Assembly (NCBI GenBank): GCA_951406725.2
Contig: OX597814.1
Coordinates: forward strand, 223,076,001-223,140,000
Direction: 5' to 3'
Length of the DNA: 64,000 nt
Source: Octopus vulgaris
Taxonomy: Eukaryota
Positions 40,440 through 54,876 of this stretch are shown here, one piece after another (within the stretch, counting starts at the first letter, position 1; every line of letters begins with the position of its first letter). The notes under the pieces were generated by a model that was not told the DNA's origin, did no database searches, and saw nothing but the letters and a program-made list of their open reading frames with translations. The translations under genes and the position numbers were made by a program.

Positions 40440-40856
40440 CTCTTTTACTCTCTTTTACTTGTTTCAGTCATTTGACTGCGGCCATGCTGGAGCACCACCT
40501 TTAGTCGAGCAAATCGACCCCGGGACTTATTCTTTGTAAGCCCAGTGCTTATTCTATCGGTCTCTTTCGCCGAACCGCTAAGTGACGGGACGTAAACACA
40601 CCAGCATCGGTTGTCAAGCAATGCTAGAGGGACAAACACAGACACACAAACACATACACACATATACATATATATATATATATACATATATACGACAGGT
40701 TTCTTTCAGTTTCCATCTACCAAATCCACTCACAAGGCATTGGTCGGCCCGGGGCTATAGCAGAAGACACTGGCCCCAGATGCCACGCTGTAGGACTGAA
40801 CCCGGAACCATGTGGTTGGTTAGCAAGCTACTTACCACACAGCCACTCCTGCGCCT
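40440..40856 (-). mobile_element. tRNA-derived SINE family B, full length
   Basis: Minus strand starts AGGCGCAGGAGTGGCTGTGTGGTAAG...GGTTCAGTCC and ends in an (AAAAGAGT)n tail. Confidence 0.9.
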
Positions 40857-42855
40857 ATATATATGTATTGTATGTATGTATGTATGTATGTATGTATGTA
40901 TGTATGTATGTATGCAAGTTTATGTATGCACTTTTCCACTCGCACAAACATACAATGCCTTAAACACAGCCCCACCAGTCACACACACACACACACACAC
41001 ACCATGTATATCTGCGTGTGAGTTATTATTTGTGTGTCTCAATGTAAGTTTATGCGTGCATACATGTATACATAATATACATTCCAATAAAACACTTTTG
41101 ATACTACATGGAATTTTTTTCTATAAAATTCATAAGTTCATATGTCCTGTTGTATAATCTATTATTTGTTTATTTATTCTTCATCTGTTGATATCGTTTC
41201 AGTTCTATGCTTCCCGTTTTCATATGTTATTCTTATAAATTTAAGATATTCAATTTCAATGTAATATTTCTCATCACCTCTTCTTTTTTATTGTATCCTT
41301 CCATATTTCATATTCGAACTATAGCTATAACCATTGTATAACACATTTATATGGTTGTTATGCTTTCCTCGAATTCTTTTAAATTCTCTTCCGTTTCATA
41401 ACACTAGGGTGTTCTATTTTTATTCTTCTGTTCTATTTTCTGTCATTTCCAGATTTTGTTCCAACTAAAACTCATAAATTCATATGTTGCAAAATACCGA
41501 GTTATTGTACTAACATTCGTTTTGAAATTGTCGCATTTTTTAAACGCTCGCTTCTCAGTCTGTTGAGATTTATTGAAATCCCATCGTTAAAAGTGCAAAA
41601 ATGGATTCACCTTTTACTTTTATCTCATCGTGATTGCCACAACTAACGTAGGTGACTCCCTACAAGGCAAATACAACCAAATAGGTTAAGTTACATTAGT
41701 AACTTACAAGGCATATACTGGGAGAGGCACAGTGCGCTAACGAGTACAAAGTAGAACAGTAATGAAAATTGCTTTCCATTTAAATATTTTTACTGTCTCT
41801 TATCGTGGTTTGCTTATCTATATTGCTCTCGTCTGCACTATAAGCGCTGCAGACGATACAATTCTACCAACCATTTTTGTAAGGTATAATGTATCCACGA
41901 CTACATTACTGAATGTGCCTGTCAATTTTATGTATCATTTTCCGGAGATTTGCCTGTTATTTTTAAAACCTCTCTAGAAATGGCATTGGTAGCGACAAAT
42001 TTATTACAAAATATCAAAGATTGTCATATAGCATCCAGTTTTCACTCTCAGATTTTATAAATGCCTTACGAATAACAGTAGGAATGTAATACATTTATCT
42101 GATTTAAGAGACCTACTATGATGTACTTCTGAGAGGGTTGTGGTGCTACAATATAGGAGAATTTTCGCTGCGTGGGAAGTAGTGTCTCCTAATTTTTTTT
42201 TTATTTTGAAGTTGTTCAGAAACACACAGCAATCCCTGTCAGATATTGATACTGTCATGTCGCTCTGCTTTTTATCTCTTTACTGCATAGAATTCTGCAA
42301 ATTATCGCCGACTTCCTCCAGGTAGTCTTCATTTAGTAATTTCCGACTCAATCATCTCCTTTTCTTGCATACCATATATTATGCACACTTCAAAACACCT
42401 TGTACTAACCACTAAGAAGAACATTAATTGCATCGACGTCACCTACTAGAGAGCTGTTATGACTGAACTAATGAAAGAAATACGACCACTCACAACCTGC
42501 GTTTAATAACCCTCGAGCATAACATTAACTGAAAGCTTTGTTTATAGAAAAATATTATGATAATGATAAAAGATGTTTTGTTCCATTTGAAGCAATTATT
42601 AATTTTTTATATTTTTGTCTCAAACAATGCCCTCAGTAATTTTGCAGATGAATTTGAATTCATAAATAAATAAAACGTTTTCATGAGATCTCAACAATGG
42701 AGAACTTTAAAATGTAGTATAACCACTTATGTTATTAGTTATTGTTATATTTTAAACCATTAGTTACCTGTCAATGAAATTTATGCATACACATATTGTA
42801 TGCATATATATATATATATATATATGTATATGTATATATACACCATATATGTACA

Positions 42856-42907
<52 letters not shown>

Positions 42908-42978
42908 TTATATATATATATAACACACATATATATATATACATATATGTACATATATGGTGTATATATATATGTACA

Positions 42979-43026
<48 letters not shown>

Positions 43027-43266
43027 TATATGTATGTGTGTGTGTGTGCACGCGTGTTCATATATATATTGGTTCTTATTCTTTTAATCTATGACATATA
43101 TATTATATATATATATTTCATATAAAAATTGGTGTACATTTATACACAAAGGTGCAAGCCTTTAACAGGTTGCCTAACATAATAAAAAGAACAGTCAAAG
43201 AGTCCAAACCACAGTTAAGAGCAATTTCGAAGAGAAGGAAAAATACAAACATTTACCATGTTTTAC

Positions 43267-43337
43267 AGCCGGACCTCATGTTTCGAACTTTAATTAACAA
43301 ATAAAATAATTTGCAAGGCGAAGTTGTCATCAGCCGA
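43267..43337 (-). ncRNA. Degenerate hammerhead motif with long stem II insert
   Basis: Minus strand: CGG-CTGATGA-CAACTT...AAGTTC-GAAA-CATG-AGGTC-CGG. Core intact, stems I and III imperfect. Confidence 0.4.
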
Positions 43338-44227
43338 TACGCCAAAACATCAATATATAAATTAGAGACGAAATAACACGTGTCTCATCTTTACACATCA
43401 TAATTTGTCTATTGACTTTGTATACATACTAGGCCACTCGTAGAAAAAGACTTCTATAATTTTTTTCCTACCCTATATAAATTTAAGAAATGATTTCAGC
43501 AATTTCTAAAGTTTTAATTGGAATTTTTATTTGCTGCCGATTGAAACTGTGCTTGCGCGGTGGATTTGAAAAATTATAATACATAAGGATGAGAACGTGT
43601 AGTAGAAGACACTTGCCCAAGATGTCATAAAGTGGAACTAAAACCGGAACCATTTGGTTGGGTAAGGAGCTTCTTGCCCCATAGGTATGTCTACGCCTAT
43701 CGACAGTCATGCAGACGGCTCTAATGTTCTTTCATATTGAACTTAATAACTGAAAACATATAACAGACAACACTCATTAATTATACCGTCTCTTTTAAAA
43801 CTGAAAAATTAATTGCCCTTTCCAATATGTATATTCATCTGTATTTGATTTCGTTTTGTTTTGTTTTCATCCTTTATAAACAAAGAGAAGAAAAGATTTG
43901 CGTTTTTGTCCCATTTTTTCACTGCTCACTCAGTATCTGCTTCTTTGAATTAATGCTTCATCGTTAAACTTCATATATTTTATTCCGTGTTGCATTTCTA
44001 CTCAATATGATGGAATGGTACAAGTTTTAGTAATTGGGAATATGTCCCTTAAAACGATAATCTACATTTAAACATTATTTTCGATTCTTTATAAAATTTC
44101 ATTAGCTGTTTGACATCACAGATTTCAAGAAACTATACACTTCAAAATTATACTCACCCGGCTGTTTTAACGATAACTTCCTTACTCTCTTACATTCTAA
44201 ATATATTATAAAATTTATATTAATAGC

Positions 44228-44281
<54 letters not shown>

Positions 44282-44780
44282 TAAAGAACATATTGTATAA
44301 CTTTCCTACACACATACTAATTATCTTAGAAAGAATTTAGATTCTTTCATCGTAAGCAAATACTTGTTTTCTTCGGAAAACTATAGGTCATAGGATACTT
44401 CACATTACTTTGAAATTGTGAACCAAACACACTTCCTATTAATCTCATTTCCTGAGCTTACCACGTGTTTTTACTGCATCAAGATTTCCACATGATTCCG
44501 TATAACTTGTAACTCAGAAAATTTGAATTTTCTTCTCCATATCGATGACTTCAGGCAAAGCAACGTTAATTCTTTTCACAGCTCGACGGAGGAACAACGC
44601 ATTATGTATCCCCACCGGTATGTCTCTTCCTAACAAGAGAATCGCTATTGAGAATATTCCCCATAGCCACGGTGAAAATTCAATAACAGTATGCAAAGGT
44701 TCATGTTGGAATAACTCAAAAAGTAAGTTTATCTCTCATTAAACATAATATTAGTTATCACGGCAAGCAATCTTTTTAAG

Positions 44781-44819
<39 letters not shown>

Positions 44820-47800
44820 TTGCTAATGGCAAATAAAGACTTGGATTTTCTTCGGAATAAACAATGCAACATAGATCCAGATTGAATAAAGGCGATCACA
44901 AATGTATTGTAAAATCCAGGGACGTACCCGAATCTGCCGAAACTCATCTCCAACAATTATTGGTATTGTCGATTGTAATGAATCTAGAGACATTGATTTA
45001 GAAACATAGTTCATGAAAATTTCAACTATCGCTTAATCACTGCATCTTCGTATCGCATCAGTAATTATTAAACTTAAATTCTAACCCTCGGCACTTAGAA
45101 CATTATAAAACTACCTCTCTTCTCTTGGTGCCATACATTATCTTCGTATTCCAGCTTTTGACCGCCCATGATCATTCTTCTGGATTAAATTTCTGCTCCA
45201 CACTTTTCGAGAGAAAGGCAAGTAGTCTTTGTTTTTAAGTATTTCGAAAAGTTGCTGACTGAGGTATGTTGGGTCTTTAGCCTAATGTACGATTGTAAGA
45301 TTGAAGGACCTATAAAAATAAGACACGAGATAATATTAATTGGTTTTATTTCTATAAAGATACTTATCATGTGACAATTTATCGATTCGAAATTTTCTCC
45401 GATTCTCTGGAACTTTGGTAGCGCTGCTTTTTAAAGATTTGTCGATACTTAAATTTCACTAAATGAAGAGAAGTTAACATTTCACTGGATCATTCTTCAT
45501 TTTTCTCTTGGAATCCACAGGTTTGCAGTAATTTAGTCTTTGATTTTGTTTTTTGTATATAATTATTTCCTTATTTCTCATCTTATTTTGCCATATTTCT
45601 GTCTTGCTATCGATATGTAACACATTTCTAATATGTATATTTACAGATTTGGTTTGAAAGAGTCTACATTCCTGTTTGGGGTGAACTTTTTCCACTTGTC
45701 AATTAAACTGGAAATCATGCGCATACACGCACAGAAATTCGCATTTATTAGCGTAGGACTTCACATACCAGATTTTATAAGGTAACTACTTCGCTAGAGG
45801 CAATGCTTCTTCTGGACGTCAATGAAAGAATTACTATATTCTTTTATTGACTATAATAAGATGAAAGACAAATTTTAAATATGATTGCAATTATATGATT
45901 TCAAAGATAATTTTCATATTCAGAACTGTGAGGCAAAACGAAGCATAAACACTGTGCTAATTTAATTCGCTGTAGAAGAAATATATTTCATAATTTCGTT
46001 ATGAAGTAATCTACTGATGGCAACTGCGAAAAAAAAAAGAATCACTAAATTAAAATCTATTCAATATAATCTTTCAGTCGTATCGCTATTTAATCTTCAC
46101 ATATACACAAGAAACATCATCATCATTATCTGCGAATTGCAGCGTCGTCTTTGTTAGCTCCGATGACAGTTGTGCCACACATCTTGTTTCAACATCGGAG
46201 TTCTCTGTGTTCTAAGTTCATCAGCGTCGACATTGTCCTCCATGTATATCATTGATTCGAAGGGACATCGACTGTTGAAACTCTCATGAGTCGGTTTTGA
46301 GGTTATGATTTGTCTAACACAAATCGCTGTGCCATAATCAATGTCCAGAAATTTAACATCTACTTTCTCCTATGTTATTGGTCAATTAGCGAGACGTTGC
46401 CATGCAGTTGTTCTCTGGTGAATTTCTGCAACCATTTGCTGAAGATTGGACCACAACGTTTCTGGCGTTCGCTCAACACTGTATGTGTTGTAAACTGATA
46501 TTATGTAGGTAAATGCAGCAACCTGATGTCAGACACAATTTCTAAATATAACAGACTATTTGGACAATTCAAAAATTCGACCGTTGACAAACGAATCTGT
46601 TTGTTGAATAGCATAGAAGGATATGCGAAACGTTTTTCGCTGAAATGTTTTTGTATGTTACACAAAATGATGTCAGCATTGTCCAGACATATAACTTTGG
46701 AAAAAAACTAAATAAAATTTTCAATTTTATAAACCTATGCAAGAAGAAAGTTTCTGGAGAAAAGATATTTACAAAATGACTGATATGGTCCAGAATGATA
46801 AATGTGCTCTTTTAAAATGACACATGTTTCCAAGACAAAGCATTTGCAATGGACATTGATTCCAGACAAATGCATTCTAGGCACAGTATGTGATATTTCA
46901 TTCCACATAAAAGATAGAAATACGGAGAAAGTAAATTGAAAATATGATTCTTATCTAAACGGGTGACATATAATGTCAATAACTGCTTCAAATTGTAATA
47001 AAACCTGAGATGTAATAAAGCTTACCACCTTTATGTCGATACGTTACAGCTGGCTCATTGTTTTGCAGATAAAAGACAATATTATTTTTATTATTTTCCA
47101 TTTCTGAAGAGAAACAACATTCAGCAGGTTTCAAATGTGTACCACATACATACTTCAAGAAGTTAAAAATATATTGTAGTTGGCGTTTCAGGAAAATTGA
47201 AATAAATTGGCACGCATGCATATGATATTCGTATTAGATCTTATGCTTTTCTCACAATGATCAGCTTATATTATTATATGAAATGATTTCCTTCAAGTTG
47301 GCTAATATGAAATTGTGCATTGTTATGTGCCAAATTAGTGAGCTTCACATCACGGCTCCGTATGAAACTGAATGTTTCTGCGTGCACATACATAGAAGTT
47401 TTGAATAACTATCTCAGTCGTAGTATATGAACAAATACAAGAAGAAAAAATGATTTTCTTAATTTAGTCCAACATTTAAAACAACAAACTTGATATTTTG
47501 TAAGTTTAATGATTCTACAGTAAATTGTTGCCTTAGGCTAAATACATGTTACTCACCAGAATGGTTTAAGTAATTTGCTGTCTGAATTATTAATATATCA
47601 AGCACAATAATTCACACTGCAATTAAAAGAGGAATGAGGCTCATAATTTCTCTAAGTTGGGGAAGTAACGGGCAGTTTATTGATTATTTGCGAAAAGATG
47701 CATAGATATTGAAGAATTTGTTATTTTCATTGAATATATTTGGAAGATTCTCATGAACCAAATCTCCTATATTAATGACGGCGTGATGTCACGAACATTT

Positions 47801-50613
47801 TTTGCGGATGCTTCAAAATGGCTGTTTTTACAAGGAGGTATTGTATGTTTTATTTTGAATTTGTTGTTTGTAAGTAATGATGAAAACCTGTCGTTTCTGA
47901 AAATGCTTAAACTGAGATGACGATGTAGATGAAGTCGAAGACGACGACAGCGTCAATGTTAACAACGATGACAACAATCACAATGACGACGACGATGATT
48001 ATGACAAATTTAGACAAGGACGATTTAATCCAACTTGGGAGGTCCTTACACAATGGCTCTTCTCTTGATTGGGTATCCTTGGCGTAGAGGGACAGCAAAG
48101 CCATTATGTCAGAGGTAAGAAGAAACCGGTCAAAGGTAGATAACAGTAAAAAATGCACGACTAAAAAGCCATAATGTAAGTCCGATGGAGAACATTTGTC
48201 TCTTTTCATTTATCATCCCTTGTAGACATATGAAGATATATTTGTCGCAGCAGGTTGCTCGTTTAAGCTCCATATACCCTTGCGAGACCCTAGAGGGGTG
48301 CTGCTGATTTAGATGCTGATCACCCGGCCGCAAAGCTTTAACGTAATTACCAATGGTTGAACATTTTTGGTGTGATCGAATGCAACGTATTGTGTGCATA
48401 TCTGATAATAGCTAAAATACGTAGATTGTCTTTTGACAGTGTGTGACTAACTAAAAGGCAGACTGCCTTACAAAGTATAATAAGGAAGTTAATTTAATTC
48501 TGGAGTTTTATATATTTTGTTGTTGTTTTGTTTTTGACAATTTTGGTAGTTTTTGATAGCATAAAATGATATTCATTTTCTTTTTTCTTTAGCTCTGTCG
48601 CACTACAAAATGTAGGGCTTTGCTTAATTCTAATTCCTAGTAATAACATATTTAGTTCGTCTCTGAATCTCCCCCGTCCGTTAATTTTACTTGTTTACGC
48701 TGATATCTATGTTCAAACAAATTTGGCCCTTGAGGTTCCATTCCTTGTGAATGTCATGGGAAAATACCAGCTTTTGCCTACCTTTTATAAAACTACAGCG
48801 TGTGCTTTCATAGTTATTTTGCTGCACAGACGTGACATGCTTTTTGACTCAACAATTAATTCTTGTTAAGTTTTGTAGAGCAACAACTGTTTACTAAATG
48901 GCAACATATAGTGGACAATTGTCAACCGCTCGTGCTTACACACCTGCAAAATATGATGAAGAAATTAATTAATGTAAAAATGTGGGAACAGCTAATAGAA
49001 TGAGTTATCAAAGTTTGAAGTGGCATAAACGTTCATTTTGAAACAAATAAAGATGGAGGCCGTCTCATATTAATTACCATGTTTATTGTTGAAAATACAA
49101 AAGCTACAGTCTGAAATAGTTTCATTTTCAATGAAAAGTTACATCGACAAGCACTTATCGTTACTATTAACAATATCCTCATGTGTTTATGTTAATTTCA
49201 GATTCTTAAATTAATAATTATACAATTTTCTATATTTAAATTTTTTCACAGTGTTATTATCTATTTAGTTAAAGTGTTTAGCAATAGATATTTATAACAA
49301 ACGTTAGTATTCCGAAGACAGAACATTATTTTCTTTCACTTTCAAATATTGAAAATGTTACTGTACATATACAGAATTTTTATCAAAATCATCCGAATTT
49401 AACTGAAAGTATTATGTAAAGATTATATGATAAAATCAAAGAAAATACATTAGATCAGAGTTTTTAAATATACGTTAAAAATTGTTCTTTAGGTAAAATG
49501 TTATTTTCATTTTGAAATGGTAAGTTGATATAACTAGCATCTTTTGTGAAAGATCTTTTACCTTCGGAGGATTGATGACATTCAATCGAATAAAATATAA
49601 TAGTTATATAACCGAAAGAGACCCAATATCCAAATATTGAATGCAGACCAGGAAAATAGTCAAAACATAACTGAGTTCAGATTTATGATGCAGCGTAGCT
49701 ATTTCGTCGTGAATCACTTCGATCAGTATTCAGTAGCGAACGTAATCACGTGTAATGTATATTTCCAATTCGTGTCAGGTGTTAACGCAGTATTAAAGAT
49801 TAGAGCAACCATTAGCTGAAGGCTGAATAGTGCGACATTAATCATATATGATTAGTTAACAAAGGCAGTAATCTCACTCGTCAACGTTTCAATGCGAATT
49901 GAACCAGCTTTTGTTCGCAGATCAGTTTAAATATTCAATCGTGACTCGTGTTGATGCCACTAATGCGCGTATTTTTCTTTTGCCTTTCTAAGTGCTCTCT
50001 CGAAGATTGGCGCAAGATCAGATCATTTCAAAAGTTTCATTTCGCTCAATCTGAATGTAGCTCATTCTCTCAGTGGGCAGAAGAAATTCGCTACTTTCAT
50101 CAATGAAAGAACATTCTGTACATTTTTATCAAATTCTCTTGTCTGCCCATTCAAAATGCATAAAACATTTATACCCTGCTGCTCATGTTTGGATGCATGC
50201 ATTCATGTATGTATGTAGTTATGTATGTATGTATGTATGTATGTATGTATGTATATATGTATGTCAACATTGTTTCTGCGTACTTTCTTTTTGTTATCCT
50301 CTTCCAAACCGTTTTGACCACCGCATTATACCTGATGGAAAGATGATATCTGGAATATATTCTCTTACACTTGGCGATAATGTGCTTGATGTTTTCTGTC
50401 TCGGTCTTGCAATGTTTACATGTATGTATGTATGTATGTATGTATGTATGTATGTATGTATGTATGTGTGAATGTATGTATGTATGTATGTATGTATGTA
50501 TGTAGGTATTTGGGAAAGTCAAACTAATGCTTACTTCTGTGCCAGGGCAAACATATTCTGAACCAAGCAGTTTTGTGAATGGAACAAGGTTAGAAGTCAT
50601 TGACACCTTTGTT

Positions 50614-50791
50614 TACAGTCGTTATGCCTTTTCCTCGGCTTATGTTGTGGTCGCTTACCAGAGGTGAGCTCACCATAAAAAAGGCGCTTTGGCAATCGTT
50701 CATCTTTCATTCTAATAACATTTCCAGTCCATCTCATTTGAGCCAAGATAGCATGTTATTCGATTGAGTTACAACGTGCCATGCGCAAAAC
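50614..50791 (-). repeat. Inverted copy of the RTE fragment at 51080-51257
   Basis: Reverse-complement match over ~178 bp. Confidence 0.9.
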
Positions 50792-50854
50792 CTCTGTATC
50801 GGGTCAAGAGATGGAGATCTTGATGCAGAGATATGCTATCGAATAGGGATAGGA

Positions 50855-51295
50855 AGTATAGCGTTTGGAAAGTCTGAAAACGAGTATGGGCGGACAGAGG
50901 CATTTCTCTGCAGACAAAAATCAGTGTCTATAAAACGTGTGTATAGACTGCATTTCCTTATTCGAGTGAGAAATGGACCACTTGCAGGCGGCAAAATGAA
51001 AATGCTGGAGAGATTTCATCAAAAGTGCCTCGGGCATATCTTGGGAGTCAACTGGTAATGTTTCATACCAGATACAAATGTTTTGCGCATGGCACGTTGT
51101 AACTCAATCGAATAACATGCTATCTTGGCTCAAATGAGATGGACTGGAAATGTTAATAGAATGAAAGATGAGCGATTGCCAAAGCGCCTTTTTTATGATG
51201 AGCTCACCTCTGGTAAGCGACCACAACACAAGCCGGGGAAAAGGTATAAAGACTGTATGAAGGATAAGCTGAAGAAACTGGATATGAAGAAAAGT
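50855..51295 (+). mobile_element. RTE (BovB-like) LINE C-terminal fragment
   Basis: [55 protein letters not shown]...GKRYKDCMK. Confidence 0.85.
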
Positions 51296-51297
51296 GA

Positions 51298-52040
51298 TCG
51301 TACCGAATCAAATGTTAAACTGCCTTTCCGGTAATATCATCAACATAATGTGAAAATTCCATACATAATTTTGAGTCTTTTATTTATGTAATCAATATAT
51401 GATTCTTTCAAACGCGGTGGATTTTGGTCAATTCATTTTTTTATAAGAAATCAATTAATTAGTTAATTAATAATAATGAAGGGAATTAGTTAATTAATAA
51501 TAATGAAGGGAACTAAAATCAGTGCATATGATTTTATTGGCAGAAGATCTTCTTCAACTAGAACTACATATAAATATACAACACACACATATATACATAT
51601 ATGTAATTGTGAATGTTTTTGTATGTGTGTGTGTGTGTGTGTGTGAATGCGTGCGCACGTGCGCGTGTGTTCGTGCATGCACACATGCCTGTTTGTATTC
51701 TTATGTGCGCGTGTGAGGGAGAGTCAGTATCCGTGTATGGACGCATGTGTATGCGTATATGTGTGAAGTTAGTTTAATCATTTATAAGTAATCAAATCTG
51801 TATTTTTTTGCCTGATATAATTTTTCTGCAGGGTCACTAATGTCTATTGATAAAAAACTTAGCTGTCGAACGACTTTTCACTAACTGCTGTTCAAAAACG
51901 TAAAAGCTTCAAATTTCTGGCCTCGTACCGAATCAAATGTTAAACTGCCTTTCCGGTAATATCATCAACATATTGTGAAAATTCCATACATAATTTTGAG
52001 TCTTTTATTTATGTAATCAATATATGATTCTTTCAAACGC
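51298..52040. repeat. 118-bp direct repeat pair (51298-51415 and 51923-52040)
   Basis: TCGTACCGAATCAAATG...TTCAAACGC occurs twice, with one mismatch seen. Confidence 0.9.
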
Positions 52041-52627
52041 AAATATTACTATTTACGTCAGTTGCTTTCGCCAAAAATACCAGTAACCCACTGACTAAAA
52101 GATTTAAAGTAAGCTACCAATTATGTTGTACAAAGAATATACCAAGACAAGACTTAAATCAGGATAAAAAAGAATTCTTGACAGCACTTTGATGTGGGAT
52201 ATGTATTTTCTTTCGTTGTGGAATAGAGTAGGATACAGAAACGAGACCTCACATGTAAATATCCGGTTTATGATTAAAGGAAATGGTGAGTGGAATCCAT
52301 ATTTACTTTGGATGTATGCCAAACACTCAACTTATTAGTGATAAGACACACAACTCCATGCGTGAGTGTTTAAAAGAATGTATGCTCAACTTGACATACA
52401 TACACACACTCACGCACATATTATACACACACACACATACGCACGCGGGCTACACACACACATACGCACGCGGGCTACACACACATATTGAGACATATAT
52501 GTATATATACATACTTACATATCAATATATCCATATATACTTACGTATACATATATATATATATATGTGTATGTATATATATATATATGTATATATATGT
52601 ATATACATATATTTAAATATATATATA

Positions 52628-52708
<81 letters not shown>

Positions 52709-52855
52709 TAAAAGCAATTAAGATTCAAGTGTGTTCTGTTGAATTCACATGAATGCGGTACTTAACTTAGATGCACCAGGAATCTATATGGTGTTAACTA
52801 TAAGATAATGCGGGGTGATTATAAACAAGAAAAAAGCAACAAAAATGGATCAATA

Positions 52856-52945
52856 TTTCGGTACAATTGTTTCGTACGAAGACAAGCTTTATTAAGGCTA
52901 CAAATATTGCAGTAAATATAAGTGACCCGTACTCATCAGCCGAAA
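52856..52945 (-). ncRNA. Type I hammerhead ribozyme, canonical core
   Basis: Minus strand: TTTCGG-CTGATGA-GTACG...(long loop)...CGTAC-GAAA-CAATTG-TA-CCGAAA. 6-bp stem I, 5-bp-plus stem II, palindromic stem III, GUA cleavage triplet. Confidence 0.85.
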
Positions 52946-54250
52946 AAACATCTGAGTTCTCCAACCATCTAAGGGGGTGATGTTACACTCATGAAACATC
53001 AGGGATAGTTCTATAAAAATAAGATTTAGATAACAAATGGACTTCTAAAAGTTCTTTTAGTGTTGCACAGTCATATAACGGGTTTTAAAAAAGTATTTTA
53101 AAAAACCTCTTAGTTTTCCAGAAAATGAAAATGAAAATGAAGATGTAAATCCATCCATATTGAAGAAAGTTTGATTTCTGGAGATATGAGGAGAAGTATC
53201 ATACTCACAGAATATGTATTTATCCATATATATACATATATACATAGTAGAACATCCAAGAAAACTTGGATGCGTTGTGTATACTGCTTTACACCGCTGG
53301 AAAAGTCCACTTAGAAGGAATCTTAGATGTTATAAAAAAATATCCAGGTTATTTTAGAGTTTCTTCCCGAGATACTAATAGCTTCATGCGATGTAAACGA
53401 CTTAGACAGCATTTTATGACACGCCTGGTGTATAACATGTATTTTCGCTTCTATCGTCCTGTTTAGGATAGTATTTTCCCTGTGAACATAGCGTGAATGT
53501 TGCATGAAGCCCCCAGACGTGTTATAAAATGCTTTCTGAGTTAATTCCATCGTATGAAACTATTAGCTCATTAAAATATATACTGTGTTTATTAAACAAT
53601 GTCTATCTCTCACCAGATGGAGTATATTTTTGTTGATATTACTTTCACGGAACAGCATACTATATATATATATATATATATATGCAGCAGTTTGTTTTCA
53701 GGTGAAGTTATAATAAAAATAAATTTACATAATACTGATGGAGTACTCAATACTTTTTGTGAAGTACATATTATTTTTCCACAAGAATATGGAGTGTCTT
53801 GAAAGTTGTAGTATGCCAAGACATCATCGGAGAGTCCGTTGATGACTTAGTGCTTTATGTGTGTATCCTAGATAGATAGATAGATAGATAGATACATACA
53901 TACATACATACATACATACATACATACATACATACATACATACATACATACATAGATTCAAGGATCGAGGCGTAGAAAGTAAGTGAGCCTAAAGCAACCT
54001 GTGTAAAAAACATAAAAAACACTTTCTGGAACATTATTGGTTTATTGAGGCGGAAGGTTGTGAATTTTTTCTATATCGAAGATCGATGAGTTGAAAAAAT
54101 GTTATATTACACGGTTGGCAGCCATTGTTGCCAGGTATGCGAATAAAAATACAAGAGATAAGGAATGGAATTGGTAAATTCCGGGATACATATGTTTCAT
54201 CGCGAGTGGAACCTCTGAAGAGTAAATAGCCTAGCGCGGTATATAGCGCA

Positions 54251-54876
54251 TCATCCAGTGATTGCATCATCCATACTCTCAACAATACGCCCTTAAATAT
54301 GGTTTCTGATTACAAATATCTTGGGTCATACATATCATCATCTGGAAAAGACTTTCTAACTAGAAAGGGTATGGCTTGGTCAGCCTGTAATGACATGCAT
54401 AAGATCTGGTCATCAAATCGAAGTAGAGACTTCAAACTTGAAATCTTCAAAGCCACAGTCGAACCAATTCTACTATATGGCTCAGAAACCTGGACGTTAT
54501 CAAAGAAGCTTGAGAGGCGGTTGGATGGGACCTACACTCGCCTCCTTATGAGAGCTCAAAATCTCTCGTGGAAGCGCCATCCAACCAAAATGCAAATATA
54601 TGGGAAACTACCACCTGTGTCATCTCTTGTGAAAGTTAGGAGAGTCCAGTTTGCTGGACATTGTTGTAGAGCTGAAAAAGAGTTAATTTCTACTCTTCTC
54701 CTCTGGAAGCCATCTACTCGCAATATCAGAGGGCGCACACTCTCCTAACCTGATGTAATCTCCAGGGATACAGGCATCAAGCAACAGGACCTCCGTAATG
54801 CCACGATGGACCGTGAAGTCTGGCGTAGCATGGTAAATTCCATTGTCTCGACCTCGGTCGAACAATGATGATGATG
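54251..54876 (+). mobile_element. RTE/RTEX-group LINE 3' fragment with TSD
   Basis: DYKYLGSYI, LLYGSETWTL, RLDGTYTRLL, RRVQFAGHC; (TGA)n tail; TSD ATATAGCGCA at 54241-54250 and 54877-54886. Confidence 0.9.

Noticed and set aside
44500-45700. Hydrophobic minus-strand ORFs suggesting a membrane receptor or transposase remnant
   Set aside because: Short, discontinuous frames with no diagnostic motif I can support.
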